DNA from: Candidatus Bathyarchaeota archaeon
Lineage (GTDB): Archaea > Thermoproteota > Bathyarchaeia > 40CM-2-53-6
Direction of reading: 5' to 3'
DNA: 64,000 nucleotides
NCBI GenBank assembly: GCA_005888745.1
Contig: VBBS01000027.1
Coordinates: 55,045-119,044 of the forward strand
Shown: positions 28,554-38,539 of the stretch, piece after piece
How the letters are laid out: the number at the start of each line of letters is the position of its first letter
Numbering within the stretch: position 1 is the first letter of the stretch
Notes under the pieces: generated by a model
What the model was told of the DNA's origin: nothing
Database searches by the model: none
Seen by the model: the letters and a program-made list of their open reading frames with translations, nothing else
Made by a program: the position numbers and the translations under genes

Positions 28554-28931
28554 TTACGCTTTACAATCAGCCTGAGGAACCACGGGAGGGCGTCGATCCA
28601 TCTTACTCGTTTGGGGCGCATGATCCGCAACCGTGTTTGTTTCCATCGCTGGTTCCATGCGTCTGGCAAGGATAATCAATAGGATTCCTAGAACAATGAA
28701 GGTTATGCTCGAGAAGAACGCTGCATTACGGACAACATCGTACCAAAAAAACACTCCTGGAACGCAGCCGGTTGCTGGGCAGGATTCTGGTCCGCCGGTG
28801 AGAAGGCTGATGAAGAACAAGACTAGACCGATCAGTGTAAGGCCGAATCCGAGAGTCTGAATGGCATACTTGTCAAATCGTGGCAAACGAACCCACCCTG
28901 CAAAAGAAACGTAGGCATCTCTAAAAAGCAA
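28554..28931 (-). CDS. hypothetical membrane protein
   Basis: Two predicted TM helices. Confidence 0.45.
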   Translation of the reverse strand: MLFRDAYVSFAGWVRLPRFDKYAIQTLGFGLTLIGLVLFFISLLTGGPESCPATGCVPGVFFWYDVVRNAAFFSSITFIVLGILLIILARRMEPAMETNTVADHAPQTSKMDRRPPVVPQADCKA

Positions 28932-29110
28932 GATGGTCTTTCCGTAAGCACTTCCTAGTCCATGTCATACCTCTTCCTGTTCTTCTTCCGCGGTCGCTCA
29001 CCAGATCAACGCTCGATGCTCAACATGAAAATCTCTAGCCAAAAAAAGACCCTGACAAGGACGGTTATGTCTATTAGAAACCATCAGGCCCATAACCCTG
29101 ATGTGTTTGT

Positions 29111-30148
29111 ATGCCTAAGCCGGCGGCCAAGGTTGGAGTAAACGGTTTTGGAGTCATCGGCAAGCGTGTTGCCGAGGCTGTGTCGAAGCAGAAGGACATG
29201 AAACTCATCGGCGTCTCCGACGTCGTCGCAGATTATCGCGTGAAGATGGGGCAGAAGAAGAATTTCGCGATATACAGTTCCATTCCCGAGAAACTTCCCG
29301 ATATGAAAAAGGCGGGAATAGAGGTGTCAGGGGTTCTAGAGGACCTAATCAAAAAGGTCGACGTCATGATCGACTGCACTCCAGCAGGCCTCGGCGCAAA
29401 GAACAAGGAACAATACGACAAGCTCGGCATCAAATCCGTCTTTCAGGGCGGCGAGAAACACGATCTCACGGGATCGTCATTCGTTGCCCAGTGCAACTAT
29501 GAAGAGAATCTGAACAAGAACGCCACGCGGGTCGTGAGCTGCAACACAACCGGAATCTGCAGAACCATCGGGGCGCTACAGAGCGGGTTAGGAGTGAGAA
29601 AAGCGAGAGTAGTCGTGTTTCGAAGAGGAACAGATCCGTGGGAGAGTCACAAGAATGGGCTCATCAATACTGTGGTCCCGGAAGCGCATATTCCATCTCA
29701 TCAGGGACCCGACGCACAGACCGTCTTGCCCAAGCTAGACATTACAACAATGGCCGCGAAGGGACCTTTCAACATCGGCCACCTCCACTTCGCCATGGTA
29801 CAATTGAAGAACAAACCGGAGAGAAAGGACGTTCTGAAAGTATTGAAGAACGCGCCCAGGCTGGCCCCTGTCAGGACGACTGATGGAGTTGACAGCATGA
29901 ACGCTGTAGCCGAGATGATGCGAGACATGCACAGAGCCAGGGCCGACATGTGGGAGGTCGCGTACTGGGAAGACATACTCAACGTCACTGACGGCGAGGC
30001 GAACCTCGTCTACCAGGTCCATAACGAGAGCGTAGTGGTTCCAGAGAACGTTGACGCCATAAGGGCACTCACGGGCTTGGAAAGTGAAGGACGGAGGTCT
30101 ATTGCGAAGACTGACGAGGCTCTCGGAATCACAAACAAGTTCCTCTAA
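29111..30148 (+). CDS. gap: type II (archaeal) glyceraldehyde-3-phosphate dehydrogenase
   Basis: KVGVNGFGVIGKRV N-terminus. SCNTTG active-site Cys motif. Confidence 0.95.
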   Translation: MPKPAAKVGVNGFGVIGKRVAEAVSKQKDMKLIGVSDVVADYRVKMGQKKNFAIYSSIPEKLPDMKKAGIEVSGVLEDLIKKVDVMIDCTPAGLGAKNKEQYDKLGIKSVFQGGEKHDLTGSSFVAQCNYEENLNKNATRVVSCNTTGICRTIGALQSGLGVRKARVVVFRRGTDPWESHKNGLINTVVPEAHIPSHQGPDAQTVLPKLDITTMAAKGPFNIGHLHFAMVQLKNKPERKDVLKVLKNAPRLAPVRTTDGVDSMNAVAEMMRDMHRARADMWEVAYWEDILNVTDGEANLVYQVHNESVVVPENVDAIRALTGLESEGRRSIAKTDEALGITNKFL

Positions 30149-30181
30149 GATAGACTGCACGAAAAAACTCTAGGTTTTTCT

Positions 30182-31042
30182 TCAGGTGACAACAAGGTCG
30201 ATGTTTGCGCTACTGTCAGGGACGCGCCCCCCGTATCCGTAAACAGAGTATCGGATCGTTGCGGGACTAATACTGGGATCGGTCGCGAAAGTAACCACCG
30301 TGTAATTCGATCCACCGGGCTTCAGAAATACGCTCGCGGGACTAATCGTTACTGTCGGAGTGAGTCCGCAGTGATTGCATGAGCTTTGCCATGTGAAATT
30401 GATCATCCCGCCGAATGTTCCAAGACTAGTGACTGTGATCGTTGAGGTGGCTGATTGCCCCTTGGGAATGGAGAGCTGGGTGGGGGAAGCTGAGAGTTTG
30501 AATGCGGGTGGGGTAGGTCGTGGTGGAGCGTACTGCCCATTTCGCCACGACACAGTGAAACCAATAGGACGGGTCGAAGAGTTGAGGACCGCAATGTAAT
30601 CATAACCCCCCCAGGAACTCAAGTAAACTGTATTTCCACTCTTTAGCGGAATGGTTTGACCAGCCAGACAGTTGACCGGACAGGTGAGCGAGAGAGTTAG
30701 GTACCCACGGGGAAGGGTAAAGATGGGAACGAGGGGGAAGTATTGAGGGTCACGACACATGAAACAAGTTAACGTGTCGAGCGGAAAAATCTTCAGAGCA
30801 TAATTTCCGGAGCAGCTGAACTCGACAGTGTGATTGCCTCCTCCCGTTGCGATTGTCGTCACGCTTAGAGTTGGACACTGGGGTTCCGCGTAACGAATTA
30901 TAGAGACCGCAGGGAAATTCTGGTTCCCTAAATAGGACTCAACCAGGATGATGATCAGCAAGGATGACTCCAGGATTAGAGCCAAGATTAGGAGAGCCAG
31001 GAACCACTTCTTCTGAAGAAGACCCTTGATGCCTGCCCGCAT
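30182..31042 (-). CDS. secreted / membrane-anchored hypothetical protein
   Basis: N-terminal signal/TM segment, then a Thr/Ser-rich extracellular region. No catalytic motifs. Confidence 0.5.
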   Translation of the reverse strand: MRAGIKGLLQKKWFLALLILALILESSLLIIILVESYLGNQNFPAVSIIRYAEPQCPTLSVTTIATGGGNHTVEFSCSGNYALKIFPLDTLTCFMCRDPQYFPLVPIFTLPRGYLTLSLTCPVNCLAGQTIPLKSGNTVYLSSWGGYDYIAVLNSSTRPIGFTVSWRNGQYAPPRPTPPAFKLSASPTQLSIPKGQSATSTITVTSLGTFGGMINFTWQSSCNHCGLTPTVTISPASVFLKPGGSNYTVVTFATDPSISPATIRYSVYGYGGRVPDSSANIDLVVT

Positions 31043-31226
31043 TTAGTACGACAACGACCTGAACCGAGCCAAGTAGAAAGGAATTGTGTCGAGACTATCT
31101 GACCAACTCGACCAACCCCCGCCACCACGAGAGCTGATCGAATATGGCCGAGTGGTTTAGAATCTCCAAACCAAATATAGCGGTTGGAAGGCTGACCTGA
31201 GTTTCTATACTCGGAGAGAATTACAA

Positions 31227-32735
31227 GTGGAGTTGCGTGAGAATGATGTTAAAGTCCTGAGAACTCTCCGGGACGCGGGCGGAATCGCTTCAGCTGAAGA
31301 TATAATCCGGAAAGCCGGCATAGTCGACGCGGCTGTTGCCCGCGCGTCACTCACACTGTCAGAACTAGGCCTAGTCAAGGAACAGACAACAAGGACCACC
31401 GAAATATTTTGTACCGAGGAAGGACATGATTATCTGGCTAATGGACTACCCGAGCGAAGGGTCGCCACGGTAGTTCACGATGCCGGGGGAAAACTCTCGG
31501 TCAGCGAAGCGGTCCAGCAAGCGGGTCTGCCACAAGACTTTGTCTCAATAGTCACAGGCTGGATTGCCCGCAAACGCTGGGGAAAGATCGAGAAAACAAG
31601 TTCAGGCAATATTCTACTGATCTCGAAAAACCCGCCCAAAGACGAAGATGAAGAGGTTCTCGAGAGAATTGGCCATGTCAGCATTCCAATAGAAGAATTG
31701 CCGAGCAACCTGAGACAAGCAGCCGATAGACTCCTCAAGAGAAACATCCTGGCCTCGAAGGAACGAGTACAGCGGAAACTACAGATCACCCCTCAAGGGT
31801 TGGACGCGATTCCGGCCCAAGCATCTGTCGATGAGATTAGCAGTCTAACAAGCGAGATGATTCTCTCTGGAGACTGGAAGAGAGTCCACCTTCGATCGTA
31901 CAATGTTTCTTCACCTGTCCCTTCGCTCAGTCCTGGAAAGTATCATCCTTACTTGCGATTCTTGCGGAGGGTCAAACGGAAGCTTGTTGCGCTCGGGTTC
32001 AGAGAGGCTGTCGGACCCCTGGTCGAAACCGCCTTCATCAACGACGACTGCCTCTACATGCCGCAAGATCATCCAGCGAGAGAAATCCACGATCTCTACT
32101 ACCTGAAACACCCGTCCAAAGCGAGCCTGGAATCATGGAAGGAAATCGTGGAGAAGGTAGCGCAGACCCACGAGAACGGCTGGAAGACAGGGTCCACCGG
32201 ATGGGGCTACAAGTACTCGAGAGAAGAAGCCTCCAAACTAGTCCTTCGGAGCCACGGCACCGCTCTAAGTGTCCGGTCAATGATTTCCAAGGACCTTCAG
32301 ATTCCAGGCAAATACTTTGCTATCGCGAGGTGCTTCCGGCCCGAACTCCTCGACAGAACTCACTTGACAGAATTCAACCAGGCGGAAGGGATCGTTCTCG
32401 ATCCCAGCCTCAACCTACGCAATCTCCTCGGGGTCTTGGAGATGTTCGCTCGCGAGGTCGCGGGGGCCGACAGGGTCCGTTTCAAACCCGACTACTTTCC
32501 ATTTACAGAACCCAGTGTCGAGTTGCAAGCCTACAAGGAAGGATACGGATGGATGGAGTTCGGCGGCAGCGGAATATTTAGACCCGAAGTCACAGAACCC
32601 CTCGGCATCAAAGTACCCGTGATCGCGTGGGGGCTCGGAATAGACAGGCTGTTCATGATGAACCAGCAGATCCAGGATATCAGACAGCTCTTCACAACTG
32701 ACCTCGAATGGATAAGGCAACAGAAGGTCGGCTAG
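31227..32735 (+). CDS. pheS: phenylalanine--tRNA ligase alpha subunit
   Basis: Class II aaRS motifs (FRPELLDRTHLTEFNQAEG, GSGIFRPEV). GTG start. Confidence 0.9.
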   Translation: MELRENDVKVLRTLRDAGGIASAEDIIRKAGIVDAAVARASLTLSELGLVKEQTTRTTEIFCTEEGHDYLANGLPERRVATVVHDAGGKLSVSEAVQQAGLPQDFVSIVTGWIARKRWGKIEKTSSGNILLISKNPPKDEDEEVLERIGHVSIPIEELPSNLRQAADRLLKRNILASKERVQRKLQITPQGLDAIPAQASVDEISSLTSEMILSGDWKRVHLRSYNVSSPVPSLSPGKYHPYLRFLRRVKRKLVALGFREAVGPLVETAFINDDCLYMPQDHPAREIHDLYYLKHPSKASLESWKEIVEKVAQTHENGWKTGSTGWGYKYSREEASKLVLRSHGTALSVRSMISKDLQIPGKYFAIARCFRPELLDRTHLTEFNQAEGIVLDPSLNLRNLLGVLEMFAREVAGADRVRFKPDYFPFTEPSVELQAYKEGYGWMEFGGSGIFRPEVTEPLGIKVPVIAWGLGIDRLFMMNQQIQDIRQLFTTDLEWIRQQKVG

Positions 32736-32736
32736 A

Positions 32737-34422
32737 ACGCCCTCAGTCCAATTCTCTCTGGCGGATCTGGAAGATCTCCTTGGACAGAAGGTTCCCCGAG
32801 ACGAAGACGGGCTCAACCAGCTCCTCGCCTACGTCAAGGGCGACGTGGAATCCCTCGACGAACAGAATGACAGCGTCAGCATCGAGGTCAAAGACAGCAA
32901 CCATCCCGACATCTGGTCGGTAGAGGGAATCGCACGCGCTCTCCGCACTCATCTCGGTCTTACCAAGCCCAAGGCTCCAATCCTTACCGGAAAATCCGGT
33001 CTGAGAGTCACAATAGATCGTAGACTAGGTGCAGTCCGGCCTTTCATCGCAACCTCCATCGTGAGAAACGTCAAGCCAAGCGAGGACGCCCTGAAGAGCT
33101 GGATAAGCCTACAAGAAAAAATGGACCTCACGTACGGTAGAAAGAGAAAACGTGCCTCAATCGGGTTCTACCAAGCCGACCTGATCAAGTCACCTCTTCG
33201 CTACACTGTTGGCAATCCTGAAGACACAGGGTTCGTCCCCCTAGGCTCAACAGAGAAGATGTCTCTCCGAGAGATTGTAGAGAAGCATCCTAAGGGAATT
33301 GAGTATGGAGGAACAATCTCATCTTTCAAAGACTGGCCGCTCCTGGAGAACGGCGACGGCAAGATTCTCTCTCTTCCACCAATCATCAACTCCAACGATC
33401 TGGGCAAGATCGCCTCAGATACGAAGAACATCCTGGTAGAGGTCACAGGGACGAATATCGAAACCGTAGGCAATACGCTGAAGATAGTCGTAGCCGCTCT
33501 CGCCGAAAGAGGAGGCAAGATCTACAGCTGTACTCAAACCTACACGGACAAGTACTCCAAGCCGATAACTACGCCAGACCTGAAATCCAGCATCAAGGAA
33601 TTATCAGTCAACTATGCTAACAGACTTCTTGGATCCACGTTCAAACCAGCAGAGATGATACGATCCTTAGTGAGAGCCGGCCATCCTGCTCGACAGGTGA
33701 GTAAGGACATCTTGCGCGTGGAGAGCCTCTGCTACCGTATCGACATCATGCATCAAGTTGACCTCGTCGAGGATCTCGCGATCGCACTTGACATTAACAG
33801 GCTAGATCCTGAATGGCCGAGAATCTGGACTCTCGGGGGACTAGCGCCTGAAACAGATAGACACGAGACTCTTGCCGAAATCATGATCGGGCTAGGATAC
33901 CAGGAGCTTCTGACCTACAGTCTGACATCCCCTGAAGTCTTCGTTGACAAGATGGGCATAAAACGCGAAAAATACGCGGAGCTGATGAATCCTAAGATGT
34001 CAACCCATACCGCATTGAGAACCTGGCTTCTACCCAGCATTCTCAATTTGCTCAAGGACAATACTCATGTCGATTATCCTCAGAGAGTCTTCGAGATCGG
34101 ACCTTGCGTAGTTGTCAAAGAAAATGGCGAAGGTCAGACGGAAACTCGATACAAGATCGCTGCGGCGACAGTTCACACAGCAGCCGGCTTCACTGAGATT
34201 CGATCTTGCCTCGACACACTCCTCGCAAGCATCGGGGTCAAGTTCGAGGTCGTGCCCACGGTTCAACCGAGCTTTCTCGAGGGACGCACTGGGGAGGTGA
34301 TGTCAGGGCAAGAGCGACTAGGAGTAGTTGGAGAGTTGCACCCGAAGATAATCCGTGCTTGGAGTCTCAGCCTCCCCGTCGCAGCTTTCGAACTAGAGAT
34401 TCCACCAATGGAGGCTGGTTAG
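32737..34422 (+). CDS. pheT: phenylalanine--tRNA ligase beta subunit
   Basis: The PheT-like N-terminus (PSVQFSLADLEDLL...IEVKDSNHPDIW) runs in frame back to ACG 32737, 2 nt after the pheS stop. The ORF track starts at GTG 32845, which removes the conserved N-terminal domain. Confidence 0.85.
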   Translation, partial: TPSVQFSLADLEDLLGQKVPRDEDGLNQLLAYVKGDVESLDEQNDSVSIEVKDSNHPDIWSVEGIARALRTHLGLTKPKAPILTGKSGLRVTIDRRLGAVRPFIATSIVRNVKPSEDALKSWISLQEKMDLTYGRKRKRASIGFYQADLIKSPLRYTVGNPEDTGFVPLGSTEKMSLREIVEKHPKGIEYGGTISSFKDWPLLENGDGKILSLPPIINSNDLGKIASDTKNILVEVTGTNIETVGNTLKIVVAALAERGGKIYSCTQTYTDKYSKPITTPDLKSSIKELSVNYANRLLGSTFKPAEMIRSLVRAGHPARQVSKDILRVESLCYRIDIMHQVDLVEDLAIALDINRLDPEWPRIWTLGGLAPETDRHETLAEIMIGLGYQELLTYSLTSPEVFVDKMGIKREKYAELMNPKMSTHTALRTWLLPSILNLLKDNTHVDYPQRVFEIGPCVVVKENGEGQTETRYKIAAATVHTAAGFTEIRSCLDTLLASIGVKFEVVPTVQPSFLEGRTGEVMSGQERLGVVGELHPKIIRAWSLSLPVAAFELEIPPMEAG

Positions 34423-34423
34423 G

Positions 34424-35578
34424 ATGGTCGAGGAGAAGTTCGTCGTAACCCCTTGGGAGGTCAAGGGGGCGGTCGATTATGACCGACTGATCCGGGACTT
34501 CGGAACCCAACCGATAGCCGGCCTGCTGACCAAGAGGATGGAGGAGATTATGGGTGATGCTGGCTACCTCATCCGCCGGCACATCTTCTTCTCACACCGA
34601 GACCTCAACCTTGTTCTCGACGACTACTCGAAGGGCAAGGGATTATTCCTGTATACTGGTCGTGGACCTAGCGGTCCGATGCACATTGGCCACATACTCA
34701 GCTTCTACTTCACAAAGTGGCTGCAAGACAAATTTCATTCAAACGTCTACATTCAGATAACGGATGACGAAAAATTCCTTGAGGAGAAGCGGAACCTAAC
34801 CTACGAAGATACTCAACGATGGGCTGTAGATAATATTCGTGAAATTGCCGCGGTTGGCTTCGACCCTGATCGGACTTTCATTCTCCAAGACACGGAGTTC
34901 ATCGGACACGCGTATCCTCTAATTCTGAAAATAGCCCGGCGAGTCAATTTCAGCCTCGCCAAGTCAGTTTTCGGGTTTACTGGCGAGACAAACATCGGTT
35001 TCGCTTTCTACCCATCGATCCAGATTCTTCCAACCCTTCTCGAAAAAAGGCGCTGCCTCATCCCGTCGGCCATAGACCAGGACCCATACTGGAGGATACA
35101 ACGCGACATTGCCGAATCCATGGGATACTACAAGGCTGCTGCCGTTCACAGCAAGTTCCTGCCCCCGCTAACAGGGATGAAAGACAAGATGAGCTCATCA
35201 AAACCCGAGACTGCAATCTACCTCAGCGATGATGACAAGACGGTTCGGAACAAGGTATACCGGTACGCTTTTTCTGGTGGACAAGCGACCAAGGAGGAAC
35301 ATCGGAAGAAGGGTGGAGACCCCGATGTTGATGTTCCCTTCCAGTGGCTCTACATGTTCTTTGAGCCCGATGACAAGAGAATAGAGCAGATACGCGTCGA
35401 GTACAAAAGCGGCCGAATGCTTACAGGGGACCTCAAAGACATACTCATTGAAAAGGTGACAACATTTCTCAACCAGCACCGACAACGTAGAGAGAAAGCT
35501 GGCGACCTCATACATTTCTACAAGAAAGACGGGACGCTTGCACAGGAAATGTGGACTCGTGACTTCAGTAAATCGTAG
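34424..35578 (+). CDS. trpS: tryptophan--tRNA ligase
   Basis: Class I motifs (PSGPMHIGH HIGH-like, KMSSS KMSKS-like). Confidence 0.9.
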   Translation: MVEEKFVVTPWEVKGAVDYDRLIRDFGTQPIAGLLTKRMEEIMGDAGYLIRRHIFFSHRDLNLVLDDYSKGKGLFLYTGRGPSGPMHIGHILSFYFTKWLQDKFHSNVYIQITDDEKFLEEKRNLTYEDTQRWAVDNIREIAAVGFDPDRTFILQDTEFIGHAYPLILKIARRVNFSLAKSVFGFTGETNIGFAFYPSIQILPTLLEKRRCLIPSAIDQDPYWRIQRDIAESMGYYKAAAVHSKFLPPLTGMKDKMSSSKPETAIYLSDDDKTVRNKVYRYAFSGGQATKEEHRKKGGDPDVDVPFQWLYMFFEPDDKRIEQIRVEYKSGRMLTGDLKDILIEKVTTFLNQHRQRREKAGDLIHFYKKDGTLAQEMWTRDFSKS

Positions 35579-35583
35579 TTCAT

Positions 35584-36543
35584 ATGTCAGAGGAGTATCC
35601 TTTCAAGCATAGCAAACTTAGGAGTATGGTGGATTCAGTGTACGATTCGGAAGCCCTGAACTCTTTCCGGAAATCAGGCCAGATCATCGCAAAGCTCCGG
35701 AAGGAAATAGCCTCCATCGTCAAGCCGGGAAAACCCGCGCTGAAGATATGCGTGGAAATCGAAAGCCGGATTCGGGAGCTCGGAGGCAAGCCGGCCTTCC
35801 CCGTCAATATCGGGATCAATGAGATTGCCGCACACTACACGTCGCCGCCCGGCGACACTCTAACCATTCCCTCCGGGTCAATGGTGAAAGTTGACTTCGG
35901 GGTCCACGTGAACGGTTACGTGACGGACACGGCTGTGACCGTTTTCTATGATCCGAAATTCGAACCGATGGTGAAGGCTGCTGACGATGCATTGCAGAAC
36001 GCAATCAAAACATTCAGAGGAGGAGTCAAACTATCAGATATCGGACGAGTCATCCAGACAACGATAGGAAAGTATGGGTTCCGACCCATTAGCAATCTCA
36101 CAGGTCACAGCATCGAAAGGTACAGCATTCACGCAGGTAAATCCGTGCCAAACGTTCCAGTGCTTGCCGCAGGGAAGGCAAACGAAGGCGAAGTGTTCGC
36201 CATCGAACCTTTCGTAACCCTGCCCGACGCCGCAGGCTCCGTCACAAACATGCTGCCGGCCCAGATCTACCGCTACATAAAATCCAAAGGCGTTAAAAAC
36301 GACGAGTCCAAGAAAGTCCTCGACGACATATACGCAAGATTCTCAACCCTGCCCTTCGCACCCCGCTGGCTGGAAGACAAGTTCCCTAGAGAGACCGCTA
36401 AGCGCGCGATGCTAGACCTGACACACAACAAGTGTGTAGGCGGATATCCTGTCTTAGTGGAGGAGACTCGGAGACCCGTTGCCCAGTCAGAACATACGGT
36501 TCTGGTCGGACGGGATGACTGTACCGTACTTACAACAGACTGA
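35584..36543 (+). CDS. map: methionine aminopeptidase type 2
   Basis: Pita-bread fold metal ligands (VDFGVHVNGYVTD, FAIEPF, HSIERYSIHAGK). Confidence 0.9.
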   Translation: MSEEYPFKHSKLRSMVDSVYDSEALNSFRKSGQIIAKLRKEIASIVKPGKPALKICVEIESRIRELGGKPAFPVNIGINEIAAHYTSPPGDTLTIPSGSMVKVDFGVHVNGYVTDTAVTVFYDPKFEPMVKAADDALQNAIKTFRGGVKLSDIGRVIQTTIGKYGFRPISNLTGHSIERYSIHAGKSVPNVPVLAAGKANEGEVFAIEPFVTLPDAAGSVTNMLPAQIYRYIKSKGVKNDESKKVLDDIYARFSTLPFAPRWLEDKFPRETAKRAMLDLTHNKCVGGYPVLVEETRRPVAQSEHTVLVGRDDCTVLTTD

Positions 36544-36548
36544 CAGGG

Positions 36549-36935
36549 CTACTTTTTCGGCGACCCTTCGGTGTAGATCCCGTTGATACTGAGGTCTCCA
36601 GTAGTACACTGGGTGCACTTGCCGAGCGTCTTGAAAACAAAATCTCCCAAAGCGAAGTTCTTGATCTGTTTGAAGCTGCACTGGCCGCACTTGACTACGG
36701 AAAGCACTTTTGGCGGTGTGAATGCGCCTATCCGGACTCCTCTCCTCATCCTCGTGAAAGACAGGACAACGAACGTGAAGGCGAGAACCGCGATTGTGAA
36801 ATAGAGAATCTGAATTGTCGGATCCAGATTACCGTTCAGAGCGAGACCGATAGTGTAGAGGCCGACTACCGCCATGACGGCGGCTACTATGGTTATGACT
36901 ATTGATGAGCCGCTACGTGGCTTAGGCTGCGACAC
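36549..36935 (-). CDS. membrane protein with C-terminal zinc ribbon
   Basis: Three TM helices, then CGQC...CTQC. Confidence 0.5.
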   Translation of the reverse strand: MSQPKPRSGSSIVITIVAAVMAVVGLYTIGLALNGNLDPTIQILYFTIAVLAFTFVVLSFTRMRRGVRIGAFTPPKVLSVVKCGQCSFKQIKNFALGDFVFKTLGKCTQCTTGDLSINGIYTEGSPKK

Positions 36936-36948
36936 CCCCGATATCCTT

Positions 36949-38061
36949 CTATTGACCGATACCGATGGTGTTGCCGATACCGGCGACTATTATAGTATCG
37001 CCCGGCTTGCTCCGTTCCAGAATGAGGCTCTTGATCCTCTCGATAACTTTCTCTCCAGCCTCCATTATCTCCTTCTTCATCGGCGTAATCGCTTCCTGAA
37101 TACTCTCCTTTACGATAACAGCGTAGACCGGAATCTTGTGGACTGTTGCTTCCTGTTCGATCTTGAACCGTTCCGTGCCGACGCCGCCGATAGCCGCCCC
37201 AATTCCTTCGCTGATCTCGCCTGAAGTCTCGCCCTCGAACTTCACCGCCGCATCCACCATGACCACCATCGAAACCTTACCAACATTTTCTTCGATGATC
37301 GTCTTGATGGCGTCCCCCGGTTTCCCAACGTTTCCGCCAGGACCCTCCGCCTTCAAAGCGATCACTCTACGGTCCTCCATCATCGTCTCCGCAACAACAA
37401 CGTCCTTCTCGACCTTCCGCTTCTCCTTGTCCTTCATCAGCCTCGAAGCAACAAGTGGTCCGATTCCATCCCCGATAGGCTGGCCCTCAGCGAACGCCTT
37501 CGCGGCGCCCAAGTAGGCCTCAGCCTCTTGGATAATCAGTGGAAGCAACGCTTGAAGCTGGATAATGATGAAGATACTGTTAGTCTTCTTCCCCATCAAG
37601 TAGAAGTGTCGGATAATCCTGTAGATCGTGTTAAGAGCCCAAGAGGCCTCCACCAAGTTCTCCAGGTTCATAACCTGAGAAGAGTCCGCGCCGGGCGCGA
37701 TCCTTCGAACATCCTCCTTGAACTTCGCATCTCGAACATCCAGCAAATGATCGATCTTGCCGACGATTCCAGCTGGGTCCATATCGACCGGCGAGATTAG
37801 GAATTGCTCCATCAACACATTGATTTGTGGACCGGGATCAGTTGAAGGTTTTCCGATTTCCTTGACGGTCTTGAGCGTTAGATCCTTCGCTGAGTTTCGG
37901 AACATGTCCAGTCTCCGCAATCCCTTGTCGATCTCCCAAAGGAACTGGCGCATCTGCAGCTTCTGACCAAACCCGAAGAACAGTGCGATGAAGAGAACAG
38001 TAAAGAGTAATTGACTGATGGTGCCCAGATTTCCCAGGATCGCATCGAAAGGTGTAGCCAA
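36949..38061 (-). CDS. membrane-associated hypothetical protein (DUF1512-like)
   Basis: N-terminal TM helix. Conserved-looking but without a recognisable catalytic motif. Confidence 0.5.
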   Translation of the reverse strand: MATPFDAILGNLGTISQLLFTVLFIALFFGFGQKLQMRQFLWEIDKGLRRLDMFRNSAKDLTLKTVKEIGKPSTDPGPQINVLMEQFLISPVDMDPAGIVGKIDHLLDVRDAKFKEDVRRIAPGADSSQVMNLENLVEASWALNTIYRIIRHFYLMGKKTNSIFIIIQLQALLPLIIQEAEAYLGAAKAFAEGQPIGDGIGPLVASRLMKDKEKRKVEKDVVVAETMMEDRRVIALKAEGPGGNVGKPGDAIKTIIEENVGKVSMVVMVDAAVKFEGETSGEISEGIGAAIGGVGTERFKIEQEATVHKIPVYAVIVKESIQEAITPMKKEIMEAGEKVIERIKSLILERSKPGDTIIVAGIGNTIGIGQ

Positions 38062-38236
38062 TTAGCCAGGGCTCCGAAATCTAACCGATTATTCCCGTCT
38101 GAATGTTATAAACGTTGATCCCTAAGACTAGCCCAAAGTAATCCGAAAGATATCCGACAGGAAAACCGTTACTTCTTGTTGAAACAGAAAATGAGGTTGG
38201 CAGCGGTCTAAGCTTCGCGTGGGCTTTCGCACCACA

Positions 38237-38503
38237 CTACCACATAGATCGCCTGGGAGATTCACTTCCGTGCTTCCGGTACGAGTCAAGCATCGCCCTA
38301 AGTGTTCCTGCCTTGCCAACATCACTGAATCCGATCCTATCACAGAATCGGAGCAAGTTGTCCCTGCCAAGGATGGCTAACTTCCAACTTGTAATCGTGC
38401 TCCTTCGAACGCCAGCCTTGGTGTCCAAGTACAACTTGGAGTCGATGCCCATTTCGGTGAGCATCCCGCCGATGTTTTCTAGGAGCATACTATTTGTGTC
38501 CAT
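38237..38503 (-). pseudogene. LAGLIDADG homing-endonuclease C-terminal remnant
   Basis: SWKLAILGRDNLLRFCDRIGFSDVGKAGTLRAML resembles the region downstream of the second LAGLIDADG motif of DOD endonucleases. No motif of its own. Confidence 0.35.
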
Positions 38504-38539
38504 GATGCTTTTCTCGTTCTTTCGGAATGGGTACGGGTC

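Noticed and set aside
31100-31230. Possible tRNA in the pheS upstream region (…GGCCGAGTGGTTTAGAATCTCC…)
   Set aside because: No consistent acceptor or T-arm pairing could be built. Probably just promoter-region sequence.
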